Assembly: GCA_963702845.1 (NCBI GenBank)
Contig: OY969763.1
Span: 896,001-960,000, forward strand
Length of the DNA stretch: 64,000 nt
Direction of reading: 5' to 3'
From: an uncultured Verrucomicrobiae bacterium
GTDB taxonomy: Bacteria > Verrucomicrobiota > Verrucomicrobiia > Limisphaerales > Palsa-1400
How positions within the stretch are numbered: position 1 is the first letter of the stretch; each line of letters opens with the position of its first letter. The position numbers were made by a program, and so were the translations under genes. The notes under the pieces are model-generated. The model saw only the letters and a program-made list of their open reading frames with translations, had not been told where the DNA came from and did no database searches. This document shows positions 54,657 through 64,000 of the stretch, piece after piece.

Positions 54657-57600
54657 TTGAGTGAAAGTATGTGTGCCCGTCCGTTTGCTGTGAAAAACTT
54701 CCTGTCTGTACTGTGCTGTTTAGTTGTCGTAAACTTCTCTGCGAGAGCCATTATCGCGACAAATTCTCAACTGCAATTGGGTAATCCGAGCGGCGCCATC
54801 ACCGATCCGAACAACCATAATCATTATCTAATTCAGCGTACCGTCGAAGCGTTGGATTACAGTGACAAGCTTGGCCAACCGAACTGGGCAAGTTGGGATT
54901 TAACGGCGGTGGATGTCGGTTCGAGCGGGCGGTCATCGAGCTTTTTCCCGGACACCAATCTTCCATCATCGTTCACCAACAAGATAGGCAATGGAACCTT
55001 TGGTGGCGGTTATGACCGCGGACATATGTGCCCTTCGGCGGATCGCACCGACAATACGACGGACAATGATCTGGTTTTTTTCATGTCCAACATCATCCCA
55101 CAGGCTTCGAGAAACAACCAAGGCCCCTGGGCCGACCTGGAAAATTATACGCGGACACTGTTAACCACGAGCGAGTGTATGATCGTGAGCGGGCCGTACG
55201 ATTTCAGCAGCGGCGCCAGAACTCCGAACAGCACGAGTACTGCTTCGATTGCTATACCTAACTGGACCTGGAAAGTGATTGTTGTTGCTCCTCTTGGAGC
55301 GGGCACCGTGACGAACCGAATTACGACGAGCAATCGTGTTATCTGCATCAAGATGACCAACTCGACTGATGCGAATTATACCTACGGCACCTGGCCCACT
55401 TACGTCACCAACGCGCATCGGATCGAGCTGGATACCGGATATACGTTTTTCACAAGTTTGGACACGAATATTGCGGCGGTTCTCAGGGCGAGAATTGATG
55501 GAGCTGCTGCGCCGAGCATTAGCGGTTTCAGTCCTTCAAGCGGCGCCCCGGCGAGCAGTGTGACTTTGGCCGGCGCAAATTTCAGCGGGGCATCATGGGT
55601 GATTTTCAGCAATGCTTATACGACTAATTTCACTGTCAATTCCAGCTCGAGTATCACTGTGACCATTCCCGCGAATGCGGTTACAGGACCAATCAAAGTT
55701 ATCGCCCCGGGCGGGCTTGCGACGAGCGCCGGAACGTTTACGGTTGGATCGACTGGCATCCCGATCATTACCTCTCAGCCAGCGAGCAAGACTTCCAATG
55801 CGGGCGCGATTGCTAATTTTATTGTTCAGGCAAGCGGCACTGGAACACTGACTTATCAGTGGAGTCGCAACGCTGTTCCATTGAGCAACGGCGGGGCTTT
55901 TTCTGGTGCGACGACGACCAACCTGACTGTTACAGGCGTCAGCCAATCTAATGCGGGCAGTTATACTTGTGTTGTCACAAATAGCATTGGTTCAGCAACA
56001 AGCAGCGTGGCGACTTTGACGGTCATCGATGCTCCGGCGATTACAACGCAACCTTCGAGCCTGAGCGTGAATTCGGGAACAGCGGCGAACTTCACCGTAG
56101 TGACAACGGGAACGTCGCCCGCTTACAAGTGGCGAAAGAATGGCGCGGCGCTTAGCGACACGGGAAATATCACAGGTTCGGCGACAGCTACTTTGACTGT
56201 GAGCAGCACCTCGGTTTCTGATGTGGCCAGTTATTCTGTCATCGTCAGTAATTCGGCGGGAACGGTCACGAGCACTGATGCTACGTTGGCGGTCGCGAGT
56301 GTCCCAACGATTACGTCGCCGCCACAGAATACGACGGCGGCCATTGGCGCGACGGCGACATTTAGTGTGACGGCAGGCAACTCGCCACTGACTTATCAAT
56401 GGCGCAAGAATAACGTGAATATCAGCAACGGCGGCGACTTTGCCGGTGCGACGACGTCCATTCTTACCGATCTCGCCAGTTGCAGCAGGAGATGTGGCGA
56501 GCTATTCGGTTGTTGTTGGGAACAATGCCGGCTCAACGACAAGTAGCAGCGCGACGTTGAGTTTGTCCGGGACGGTTTCAATCACTGCGCAGCCGTCGAG
56601 TCAGGCGGTCAGTTCCGGGGCTGACGCGACGTTCGACGTTACGGCAACGGGGAGCGGAACGTTGACTTATCAATGGCGTTATAACGGTGGCGCGATTTCT
56701 GGTGCGACGGATAGCACTTACACACGGCCTTCAGTCACTGGCGCAGATGCCGGCAGTTATTCCGTGATTGTGAGCAACAGTTTTTCGAGCGCGACGAGTT
56801 CGGATGCAGTTTTGTCGGTGGTGGTGGGTTCGAGTTCTATAATCGCGCGATGGAATTTTAATGACACTAACAACTATAGCAGCCCAGCGATTGCGGTGGG
56901 CACGGGGACGGCGTCATTGTATGGCGGAACGGTAGCGACGAATTTTGCCGGGAGCAGCAACGATACAAATGCGGTTAATTGGGGTTGGAGCATCAATGGC
57001 TACGCAGCGCCCGGTGGCGTCAATAAGAGCACCGGAATCCAATTCGCTTTGAGTACCGCAAATTTCGAAAACATTCGTATCAGCTTTGATGAACGAGCCA
57101 CTTCCACCGCTAGTAAATATTTCCGTGTGCAATACACGACAAATGGCACTACCTACGTCGACGCTATGGCGTTGACCAACACATTGACCGGCACATTTGC
57201 CACGTTTTCGAACAGTTTAAGTACGGCTGCCGGAGTTCGTAACAATCCAAACTTTGCATTCAGGATCGTGGCGGAATATCAAAGCACGGCTCAAGGCGGG
57301 ACGGGCACTGCAGATTACGTTGGAACCTCCGGCACGTATGCCGCTTCTGGAAACGCTCGTTATGACATGGTCACTGTTTATGGTGATGCGCTGGTTTCTC
57401 CAAGCATCGTCACCCAACCGCAAAGCCAGACAAAAGACCCGGGCGATACTGTGATCTTCAGCGTGTCGCCGACCGGCAGCGCGCCCTTCACATATAAGTG
57501 GCGTCGCAACGGCTCACCTTTGACCGACGGTGGCAATATTACCGGCTCCGCATCCGCAGTTCTTACCCTCGCAAGTGTGAGCAGTAGTGACGCTGCAAGC

Positions 57601-59662
57601 TATTCGGTAATTGTTTCGAACAGTGTTGGTTCTGCGACGAGCGCGAATGCGGCTTTGACTGTCAATGTCTCGCCGGTAATCACGACGCAACCGTCCAGTC
57701 GCACAAATGTGGCCGGGACAACGGCGACGTTCAATGTTTCTGCGACGGGAACTGCCTTGCAATATCAATGGCGCAAGAATGGTAATATTTTGTCTAATGG
57801 CGCGAACGTTCTCGGGGCGACGAGCAGTGCCTTGACTATCAGCGGTGTGACCGCGACTGATGCTGCGTCTTATTCCGTCGATGTTTCGAATTCGGTCGAT
57901 GTGGTGACCAGCAGCGCTGCTGTGTTGACGATTGTTGACCCGCCGTCGATCTCTTCCAATCCGGTCAGCCAAACGGTTAACGCTGGCAATCTCGCGACTT
58001 TCTCCGTCGTTGCGAGTGGAACGCCGCCGCTTTCGTATCAATGGCGGCGTAATGGCGCGACTGTTTCCGGTGAGACCGACAGCGCAATCAACATTGCCAA
58101 CGCGCAGCATAGCAACGCGGGGTCGTATGATGTTGTTGTGACGAATCTCGGTGGCTCCGCCACAAGTTTAGCCGCAGTGTTGACGGTGTTGGATCCGCCG
58201 TCCATCACCGCGCAGCCAATATCGCAAACGACGTTCGCTGGTCAGGACATTGTTTTCAGCGCGTCCGTTAGTGGCGTGGGGCCGTTCACATATCAATGGC
58301 GGCAGGACGGCGAAAATCTGGTGGACGCCGGCAACGTCACTGGATCACAAACAGCATCGCTGACGGTCGGCAACGTGCACGACGCTGACAACGGAGCCTA
58401 TTCCGTCGTGATCGGAAATTCCGCAGGTTCAACGACCAGCGCGGACGGGCAACTGACGGTGGTTCCGTTTGCCAATCGTTTGTTGAACATCACGACGAAC
58501 CTTGATGGCACACCGGCGCTGCTCTGGAGCGTTGTTCCTAATGACAGCTACTCGTTCGATGTACAAAGACAATCTCACGGATGAGCAGTGGACATCGCTT
58601 GGCAATTATACCCCGTCCGGCTCAACGCTGTTCGTGTCTGATTCGGTAACCAACACCCAGCGTTTTTATCGTTTGAACTCGCCTGAAGGCGTCACCGACA
58701 TTGCCGGGTTCATAAATTTGTCGTTGCTCGGAAATTCCGACAACTTCTCATCAATGCCGTTCGTCAGGCCATCGGCTGCGTCGTTACTCGTTTCGTCCAT
58801 CAGTGGCAATGTTTTGAACGTCACGCCCGCTCCGGCTTGGACCGCAAATCAGTTCGTCTACGCTTCGGGGACGCAATCCAACACGTATTTTGCGCGGTTT
58901 ACCTCGGGTGCAGCGGAAGGACGCATTTATCCGATCACCGCCAACAGTAGCGCGTCCGTCACCCTGAATCTGGGCAATGATGATTTGTCGAGTGTGGCTG
59001 CCGATGATTCGATCACGATCGAACCGTACTGGACGCTCGGCACCGCGTTTCCGAACGGCACTGGAGTGAACGCGTCACCGACCGTGGGAAATCGCAACAC
59101 CGAAATTCTCACTCCCGATCAGACGAGTTCCGGCATTAACTTAAGCGCGACCAAAGTTTACTTCTTCAACGCCGGCATCTGGAAGCAGGTCGGGCAGGGG
59201 CCTGCCAATCACAACGACGATACGATTCAGCCCAATTCATATATCGTCGTTCGACACAATGTCGCGACCAACACCACGGTATTCGCCGCTGGCGTGGTCG
59301 TTTCAACGAAGCTCGCAGTTACGCTCCGCACGCAATTCGACGTGCGCCAGGATAACGCGGTTGGTTTGATTCGGCCGCTTGCCGTTTCGCTGGATGCTTC
59401 GGGTTTGATCAGCAGCGGAGCCTTTCTACCGAGCCCATTGCCCGGAAGTCGCACCGATGAATTGCTCACGTTCGACAACACCGTCGCGAGCCGCAACAAG
59501 TCGGCGTCTGTGGTTTACTATTATTGGAACAACGCCTGGCGCGAAGTCGGTTTGGGCAGCGCCGACGTCGGAGCAAACCTTCTCCAACCAGGCGGGGGCT
59601 TCCTCATTCGTAAAGCCACCAACAACGCCACTGCCGATTGGACGAACGCGCCGAATTGGTAA
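54657..59662 (+). CDS. Secreted NucA-like DNA/RNA non-specific endonuclease fused to IPT and multiple Ig domains, an internal FYRL module and a TIGR02597-like C-terminal domain (~1,667 aa if joined). Split by two +1 frameshifts (~56468, ~58559)
   Basis: Nuclease motifs YDRGHMCPSADRT, FFMSNIIPQ, NQGPW. An Ig repeat (ITxQP...YxWR.NG...DxxSYSV) is continuous across ORFs 54657/56440. YSF|MYKDNL is continuous across ORFs 56440/58502. TDIAGFINLSL...SMPFVRP resembles TIGR02597. Confidence 0.8.
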
Positions 59663-59664
59663 CG

Positions 59665-60720
59665 TTAGTTTTTGATTAAGCGATAGAACCGTGCGGTCTC
59701 TACAGGACTGATTGAGTAAGCGTTTGTGCTGGCCAAAACCGTTTGCCAACTTGCCGCATCAGAAATGTTCGTGGTTGTTTGCAACTGAAACGAAGCGTCA
59801 GACCAGCCCACGTTAGCACTTCCGTTCTGCAACGAAATTGAAAGGCGCGTAGCAAGCGTGCCTGTCAAAGCCAGACCGTGCACGCGGCCGGCAGCGAGGG
59901 AAATCACATTGCTGAGATTTAGAATAGGAGCGGTACTGCCCCATCCTGTAACCGTACCGTCATTCCTGGCGGCTAAGCTAAAGCAACTACCGCCAACCAC
60001 GAACGTTGCAGTCGTGAGTCCGTCCGGCACATTCGTTTGACCGCAGGAATTATCTCCAAATGTAATCACGGAGCCGTCGCGTTTGACTGCGAGTGTGTGG
60101 TATATGCCAGCGGCGATCGCCGAAGCATTGGTGATAAGAGGTCCGGAACATTGCCCGGAGCGATTATCGCCCCACGTTACAACGGTTCCGTCGCTTGTCA
60201 GAGCGACGCTGTGAAACTCGCCCGCAGCGATCGCAATCACGTTGCTCAAACCAATCGGAGGCTCGCCCTGGCCGTAATAGTCGCTGCCCCATGCCATGAC
60301 GGTGCCATCGCGGCGCAACGCAAGCGTGTGAAATCCGCCCGCAGCGATAGCGATGAGATTAGTTGCATCCGGCGAAACGGGGCCAGCGAAGCCATCGCCC
60401 CACTGCACAGCCGTGCCATCCTGTTTGAGCGCGCAACTGTGGTTCTCGCCAGCGGTGATCGCTATAACGTTGCCCAGCCCATCCGGAACGCTGCTTTGAT
60501 TCAGACTATTGTCACCCCACGCAACGACCGTGCCGTCGGTTTTCAGAGCGAGCGAATGAAACCCGCCGGCAGCGATTGCGACAACATTGCTGAGGTCTGA
60601 CGGAATCGTTGTCTCGCCAAACGAATTGTCGCCCCATGCGATGACTGTTGCCGCATCGACCGACAAATTCGCGGCGCAAAGGAAAGCAATCAGAGACCAT
60701 TTTATCCGGGAGCCCTTCAT
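59665..60720 (-). CDS. Secreted RCC1/BLIP-II repeat beta-propeller protein with C-terminal FYRL module
   Basis: Seven repeats of AIAAGxxHSLALxxDGTVxxWGDN. Signal peptide from ATG 60720. Ends ARFYRLIKN. Confidence 0.9.
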   Translation of the reverse strand: MKGSRIKWSLIAFLCAANLSVDAATVIAWGDNSFGETTIPSDLSNVVAIAAGGFHSLALKTDGTVVAWGDNSLNQSSVPDGLGNVIAITAGENHSCALKQDGTAVQWGDGFAGPVSPDATNLIAIAAGGFHTLALRRDGTVMAWGSDYYGQGEPPIGLSNVIAIAAGEFHSVALTSDGTVVTWGDNRSGQCSGPLITNASAIAAGIYHTLAVKRDGSVITFGDNSCGQTNVPDGLTTATFVVGGSCFSLAARNDGTVTGWGSTAPILNLSNVISLAAGRVHGLALTGTLATRLSISLQNGSANVGWSDASFQLQTTTNISDAASWQTVLASTNAYSISPVETARFYRLIKN

Positions 60721-60828
60721 ATAATTCAAGTGTGGCAGGCTAGGGGAACCGCCATTCGTGTCAAGCATTGGGCGGCGCCGAACGAATTCTCTGTGCGTTT
60801 AAGTCCGTTTCGTGGCAATTGTTCTTTG

Positions 60829-62217
60829 ATGCAACGCACCGCCGTCATCAATGTTGTTGGACTGACTCAATCGCTCATTGGCGAACACACTCCGCAGATC
60901 GAGCGCTTTGCAAAAAAGACCTCCGTCTCAAGCATTGTTCCGGCGTTCCCTGCGGTCACCTGCACCGCGCAGTCGAATTATCTGACCGGCACCACGCCAA
61001 CCGAACATGGCATCGTCGGCAACGGCTGGTACAATCGCGAGCTCGCTGAAGTCCAGTTTTGGAAACAGTCGAATCACCTCGTCGGCGGCAAAAAGATTTG
61101 GGACGTGATGCGCGAGCGCGATCCTAAATTCACCTGCGCGAAACTTTTCTGGTGGTACAATATGTATTCCACCGCCGATTACTCCATCACGCCGCGCCCG
61201 ATGTATCCGGCCGATGGCCGCAAGTGTTTCGACATTTATTCATGGCCCTATTCGATTCGTGAAGAGATCAAGCGCGATCTGGGCGAGTTCCCGTTCCCTA
61301 CTTTTTGGGGACCGGCCGCTGGTGTTGACACGCCGCAGGGGAGGGCGGATGCCGTCTCGAAGTGGATTGCCGAATCAGCAAAGTGGATCGAAAACAAATA
61401 TTCACCGACGCTCAGTTTAGTTTATTTGCCGCATTTGGATTACAACCTGCAACGCTTTGGCCCCAACGACCCGCGCATCGCGAAAGACCTCAACCAAATC
61501 GATGCCATTGTTGGCGACCTGATTTCATTTTTCGAAAAACGCGGCGTGCAGGTCCTCTTGCTTTCGGAATACGGGATCGTCGAAGTCGACACCCCGATTC
61601 ATCTCAACCGCCTTTTCCGCGAGCAAGGTTGGTTGACAATCAAAGAAGAACTCGGGCTCGAGACGCTCGACTACGGTGCGAGCAAAGCCTTCGCTGTCGC
61701 CGATCATCAGATCGCGCATATTTACATCAACGATCCGTCGTTGCGTAACAAAGTGCGCACCGTGCTCGAGAAGCAGGACGGCATCGAATCAGTGCTCGAT
61801 CACAACGAGAAAGCCGCTGCCGGAATCGCGCATCCTCGCGCTGGAGATTTCATTGCTGTCGCCAAAGAACGCGCGTGGTTTACATATTATTATTGGCAGG
61901 ACGATGGGCGCGCCCCCGATTTTGCTCGCTGTGTTGATATCCATCGCAAGCCTGGCTACGACCCCGTCGAATTATTCCTCGACCCAAAAATCCCCGCGGT
62001 GAAATTGAAAATTCTGTGGCGATTGCTGCAGAAGCGATTTGGCTTTCGCATGTTAATGGATGTTATTCCGTTGGATGCGTCGCTGGTCAAAGGATCCCAC
62101 GGCAGGAACAATCATGCCGTTGATAACCCAGTAATTATTGGTCGTGCGATCCAGTCGCACGATTCCATTGCCTCGACCGATATTTGTGCAGCATTGCAAA
62201 CCTTTATACAAATGTAG
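60829..62217 (+). CDS. Alkaline phosphatase superfamily nucleotide pyrophosphatase/phosphodiesterase, EboF-like
   Basis: VINVVGLT, FPAVTCTAQ, HGIVGNGW, YLPHLDY, SEYG, DHQIAH, DIHRKPGYDP, KGSHG. Confidence 0.85.
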   Translation: MQRTAVINVVGLTQSLIGEHTPQIERFAKKTSVSSIVPAFPAVTCTAQSNYLTGTTPTEHGIVGNGWYNRELAEVQFWKQSNHLVGGKKIWDVMRERDPKFTCAKLFWWYNMYSTADYSITPRPMYPADGRKCFDIYSWPYSIREEIKRDLGEFPFPTFWGPAAGVDTPQGRADAVSKWIAESAKWIENKYSPTLSLVYLPHLDYNLQRFGPNDPRIAKDLNQIDAIVGDLISFFEKRGVQVLLLSEYGIVEVDTPIHLNRLFREQGWLTIKEELGLETLDYGASKAFAVADHQIAHIYINDPSLRNKVRTVLEKQDGIESVLDHNEKAAAGIAHPRAGDFIAVAKERAWFTYYYWQDDGRAPDFARCVDIHRKPGYDPVELFLDPKIPAVKLKILWRLLQKRFGFRMLMDVIPLDASLVKGSHGRNNHAVDNPVIIGRAIQSHDSIASTDICAALQTFIQM

Positions 62218-62342
62218 GTCGCAAAAGCTGTCTGCGAATTCGGCTGTCGGATTGTTTTGCAAACTTGTATAGCCAGAGTTGTCAATCGCTGGACGCGAAC
62301 TCCATTATTGCCGTGCGTTTCTTAAACCCATATTCAATACGC

Positions 62343-63245
62343 ATGTTCAAGAACCCCGCTTCAACTATTTGCGACATTCTCTGTTCCTTCGAGCGTTCCG
62401 CTCGCAGACTGTGCTACATCTGCGCGGCTGGATTATTCGTCCTCACCGCAAGCGCGGCCGAACCATCAAAAAAATCTCCCTCATCGAAACCCGTCTCTAC
62501 TGCTGTCGGAGTCACCGTATTTACCGGACCGTTTCATTATCTCGGTCATTCTCCAGAAACCGGCTTGAGGAAAACTGAGGAAGGCATCGCCTGGGACGGA
62601 ACGAACCATTATCTAATTTTTCGCGGCAGCATCGTTAAAGTCGATAAATCGTGGACCAACATCATCGCCCGCAACGAAACGCCCTTTCGCGGATTGACCG
62701 GCTTCGATCATTTGGGTGCGGGAGAAATTTACGGCGGAAAGCTCTATGTTGCTGCTGAGTCCTACCATGGCTGCGCCCACGTCACTAATCAAAGCATTTT
62801 TATCTTCAACGCCAACACCCTCGATCGCCAGTCCGTCACATGTGTGTCCAATTCCACCAGCGAAGTTTCAGCGTTGACCATCGTAACAAACATGGGTCCG
62901 CACGGCGTCGTTTTCGTCAGCAACTTTTGTGACGAATCCAAGCTCTACAAATTCGACCTCGCCGACCTTTCATTCCTCGGCACGCTGCAATTGGATCAGC
63001 CGATTTCGAAGCTCCAGGGAGTGGCTTACCACGACGGCCTGATTTACGCCGCCAATGACGTTGGACCCGACGGCGAAATTTACGACATCGATCCGCAGAA
63101 CGGCCACACCCGCAAACGCGCGTTCGTGACATACCCTCACGGAAAAGAAGTCGAAGGATGCCTGTTCAATGGCAAGACCCTCGAAGTCATGGTCGCCAGC
63201 CACACCAACCGCTGGAACTACGTCTACTATTTCTCACCCGAGTAA
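62343..63245 (+). CDS. Exported hypothetical protein, probable beta-propeller
   Basis: Hydrophobic signal ending ASA. Blade-like motifs EGIAWDG, QGVAYHDG, EVEG. Confidence 0.55.
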   Translation: MFKNPASTICDILCSFERSARRLCYICAAGLFVLTASAAEPSKKSPSSKPVSTAVGVTVFTGPFHYLGHSPETGLRKTEEGIAWDGTNHYLIFRGSIVKVDKSWTNIIARNETPFRGLTGFDHLGAGEIYGGKLYVAAESYHGCAHVTNQSIFIFNANTLDRQSVTCVSNSTSEVSALTIVTNMGPHGVVFVSNFCDESKLYKFDLADLSFLGTLQLDQPISKLQGVAYHDGLIYAANDVGPDGEIYDIDPQNGHTRKRAFVTYPHGKEVEGCLFNGKTLEVMVASHTNRWNYVYYFSPE

Positions 63246-63312
63246 ACAGGACAAACTGAAAACGAGACATCAACAAAAGACTGGGGCAGAAACAAAGCCT
63301 TCGTCTCTCTCA

Positions 63313-64000
63313 GTGCTCAACAGGAATTTGCTTTGCATTTTTTTGTTTCTGATTGTCGCGGCTACGTTTTCATCTTCTCTCAGCAACGGTTTCGTCAACC
63401 TTGATGACGAGCAGTACGTTACGGCCAATACCCATGTCAAAACGGGCTTGACCCTGGACAATGTAGAATGGGCCTTTCAAACCGGTGAAACCGGCAACTG
63501 GCATCCGTTGACTTGGCTCTCGCATATGCTCGATTGCCAGATTTTCGGGTTAAAAGCCTGGGGGCATCACCTCACTGCTCTTTTGCTGCATTCGGTTAAT
63601 GCAGTCCTGTTGTTCCTCATTTTAACGAGGATGACCAGCGCGATGTGGCGAAGCCTTTTTGTTGCGGCGGTGTTCGCGTTGCATCCGCTCCGGGTCGAAT
63701 CGGTTGCGTGGGTGGCGGAGCGCAAGGATGTTTTAAGCACATTGTTTTTTCTACTGACCTTGTGGTGCTATGCGCGTTACACCAGTTCGCGAACTGCGCG
63801 GCTCAGCTATGGACTGGCATTGCTGTTCTTCGCCTTAGGCCTCATGTCAAAACCCATGCTGGTCACGCTGCCGTTTGTTTTGTTGTTGCTCGATTATTGG
63901 CCTCTCGACCGATTCAAAAATAAACAAATATGGCCTCTGGTGCGGGAAAAGATCCCATTCTTTGCGCTGGCGATCATTTCATCTTTCGTCACTTTTCTTG
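63313..64000 (+). CDS. 5' part of a TMTC-like (GT-C fold) membrane glycosyltransferase, running off the window end
   Basis: Frame +1 is open to the end and reads GFVNLDDEQYV...NWHPLTWLSHMLD...LHSVN...FALHPLRVESVAWVAERKDVL...LMSKPMLVTLP...LDYWP. It is absent from the ORF track because it has no stop. Confidence 0.8.
   Translation, partial: MLNRNLLCIFLFLIVAATFSSSLSNGFVNLDDEQYVTANTHVKTGLTLDNVEWAFQTGETGNWHPLTWLSHMLDCQIFGLKAWGHHLTALLLHSVNAVLLFLILTRMTSAMWRSLFVAAVFALHPLRVESVAWVAERKDVLSTLFFLLTLWCYARYTSSRTARLSYGLALLFFALGLMSKPMLVTLPFVLLLLDYWPLDRFKNKQIWPLVREKIPFFALAIISSFVTFL

Noticed and set aside
63645..63923. 92-aa ORF from the track
   Set aside because: It is out of frame within the TMTC-like gene in frame +1.
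1..64000. tRNA, rRNA, integrase or transposase genes
   Set aside because: None were recognised by eye. A tRNAscan/Rfam/ISfinder run would be needed to exclude them formally.

Overview
This is a 64 kb bacterial chromosome segment, most likely from Verrucomicrobiota (Pedosphaerales/Limisphaerales-like). That assignment is inferred from a PVC-type CxxCH heme protein, a TIGR02597-like domain and 'FYRL'-ending secreted proteins. I recognised no rRNA, tRNA, CRISPR array or transposase. The window is dominated by cell-envelope genes. (1) A giant adhesin of ~5,100 aa with 31 cadherin/Ig-like repeats, split by one +1 frameshift and translationally coupled to a probable outer-membrane beta-barrel gene. 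(2) A divergent htrA-gldA/F/G-like-DUF4340-asmA operon. (3) A secreted nuclease-Ig protein split by two +1 frameshifts. (4) Cohesin/dockerin, EEP-LamG and RCC1-repeat secreted proteins that share a C-terminal 'W...F/YR(L/V)' module. Other genes include a halogenase-acyltransferase-dehydratase mini-operon, a beta-CASP nuclease, dprA, rhaB, phhB, two histidine kinases, xdhC, an FHA protein, hemB, an EboF-like phosphodiesterase and a partial TMTC-like glycosyltransferase. The best leads are: a candidate lineage-specific sorting/secretion system (shared C-terminal domain plus dedicated barrel); a strong Thr-Asn dipeptide excess in exported proteins (possible unusual glycosylation signal); a doubled, covarying palindromic element built of 10-bp-phased repeats at 43859-44093; and a candidate ECF-sigma-driven ~120-nt sRNA at 7701-7822. 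Family names come from motif recognition by eye, with no database search. Counts are hand counts.
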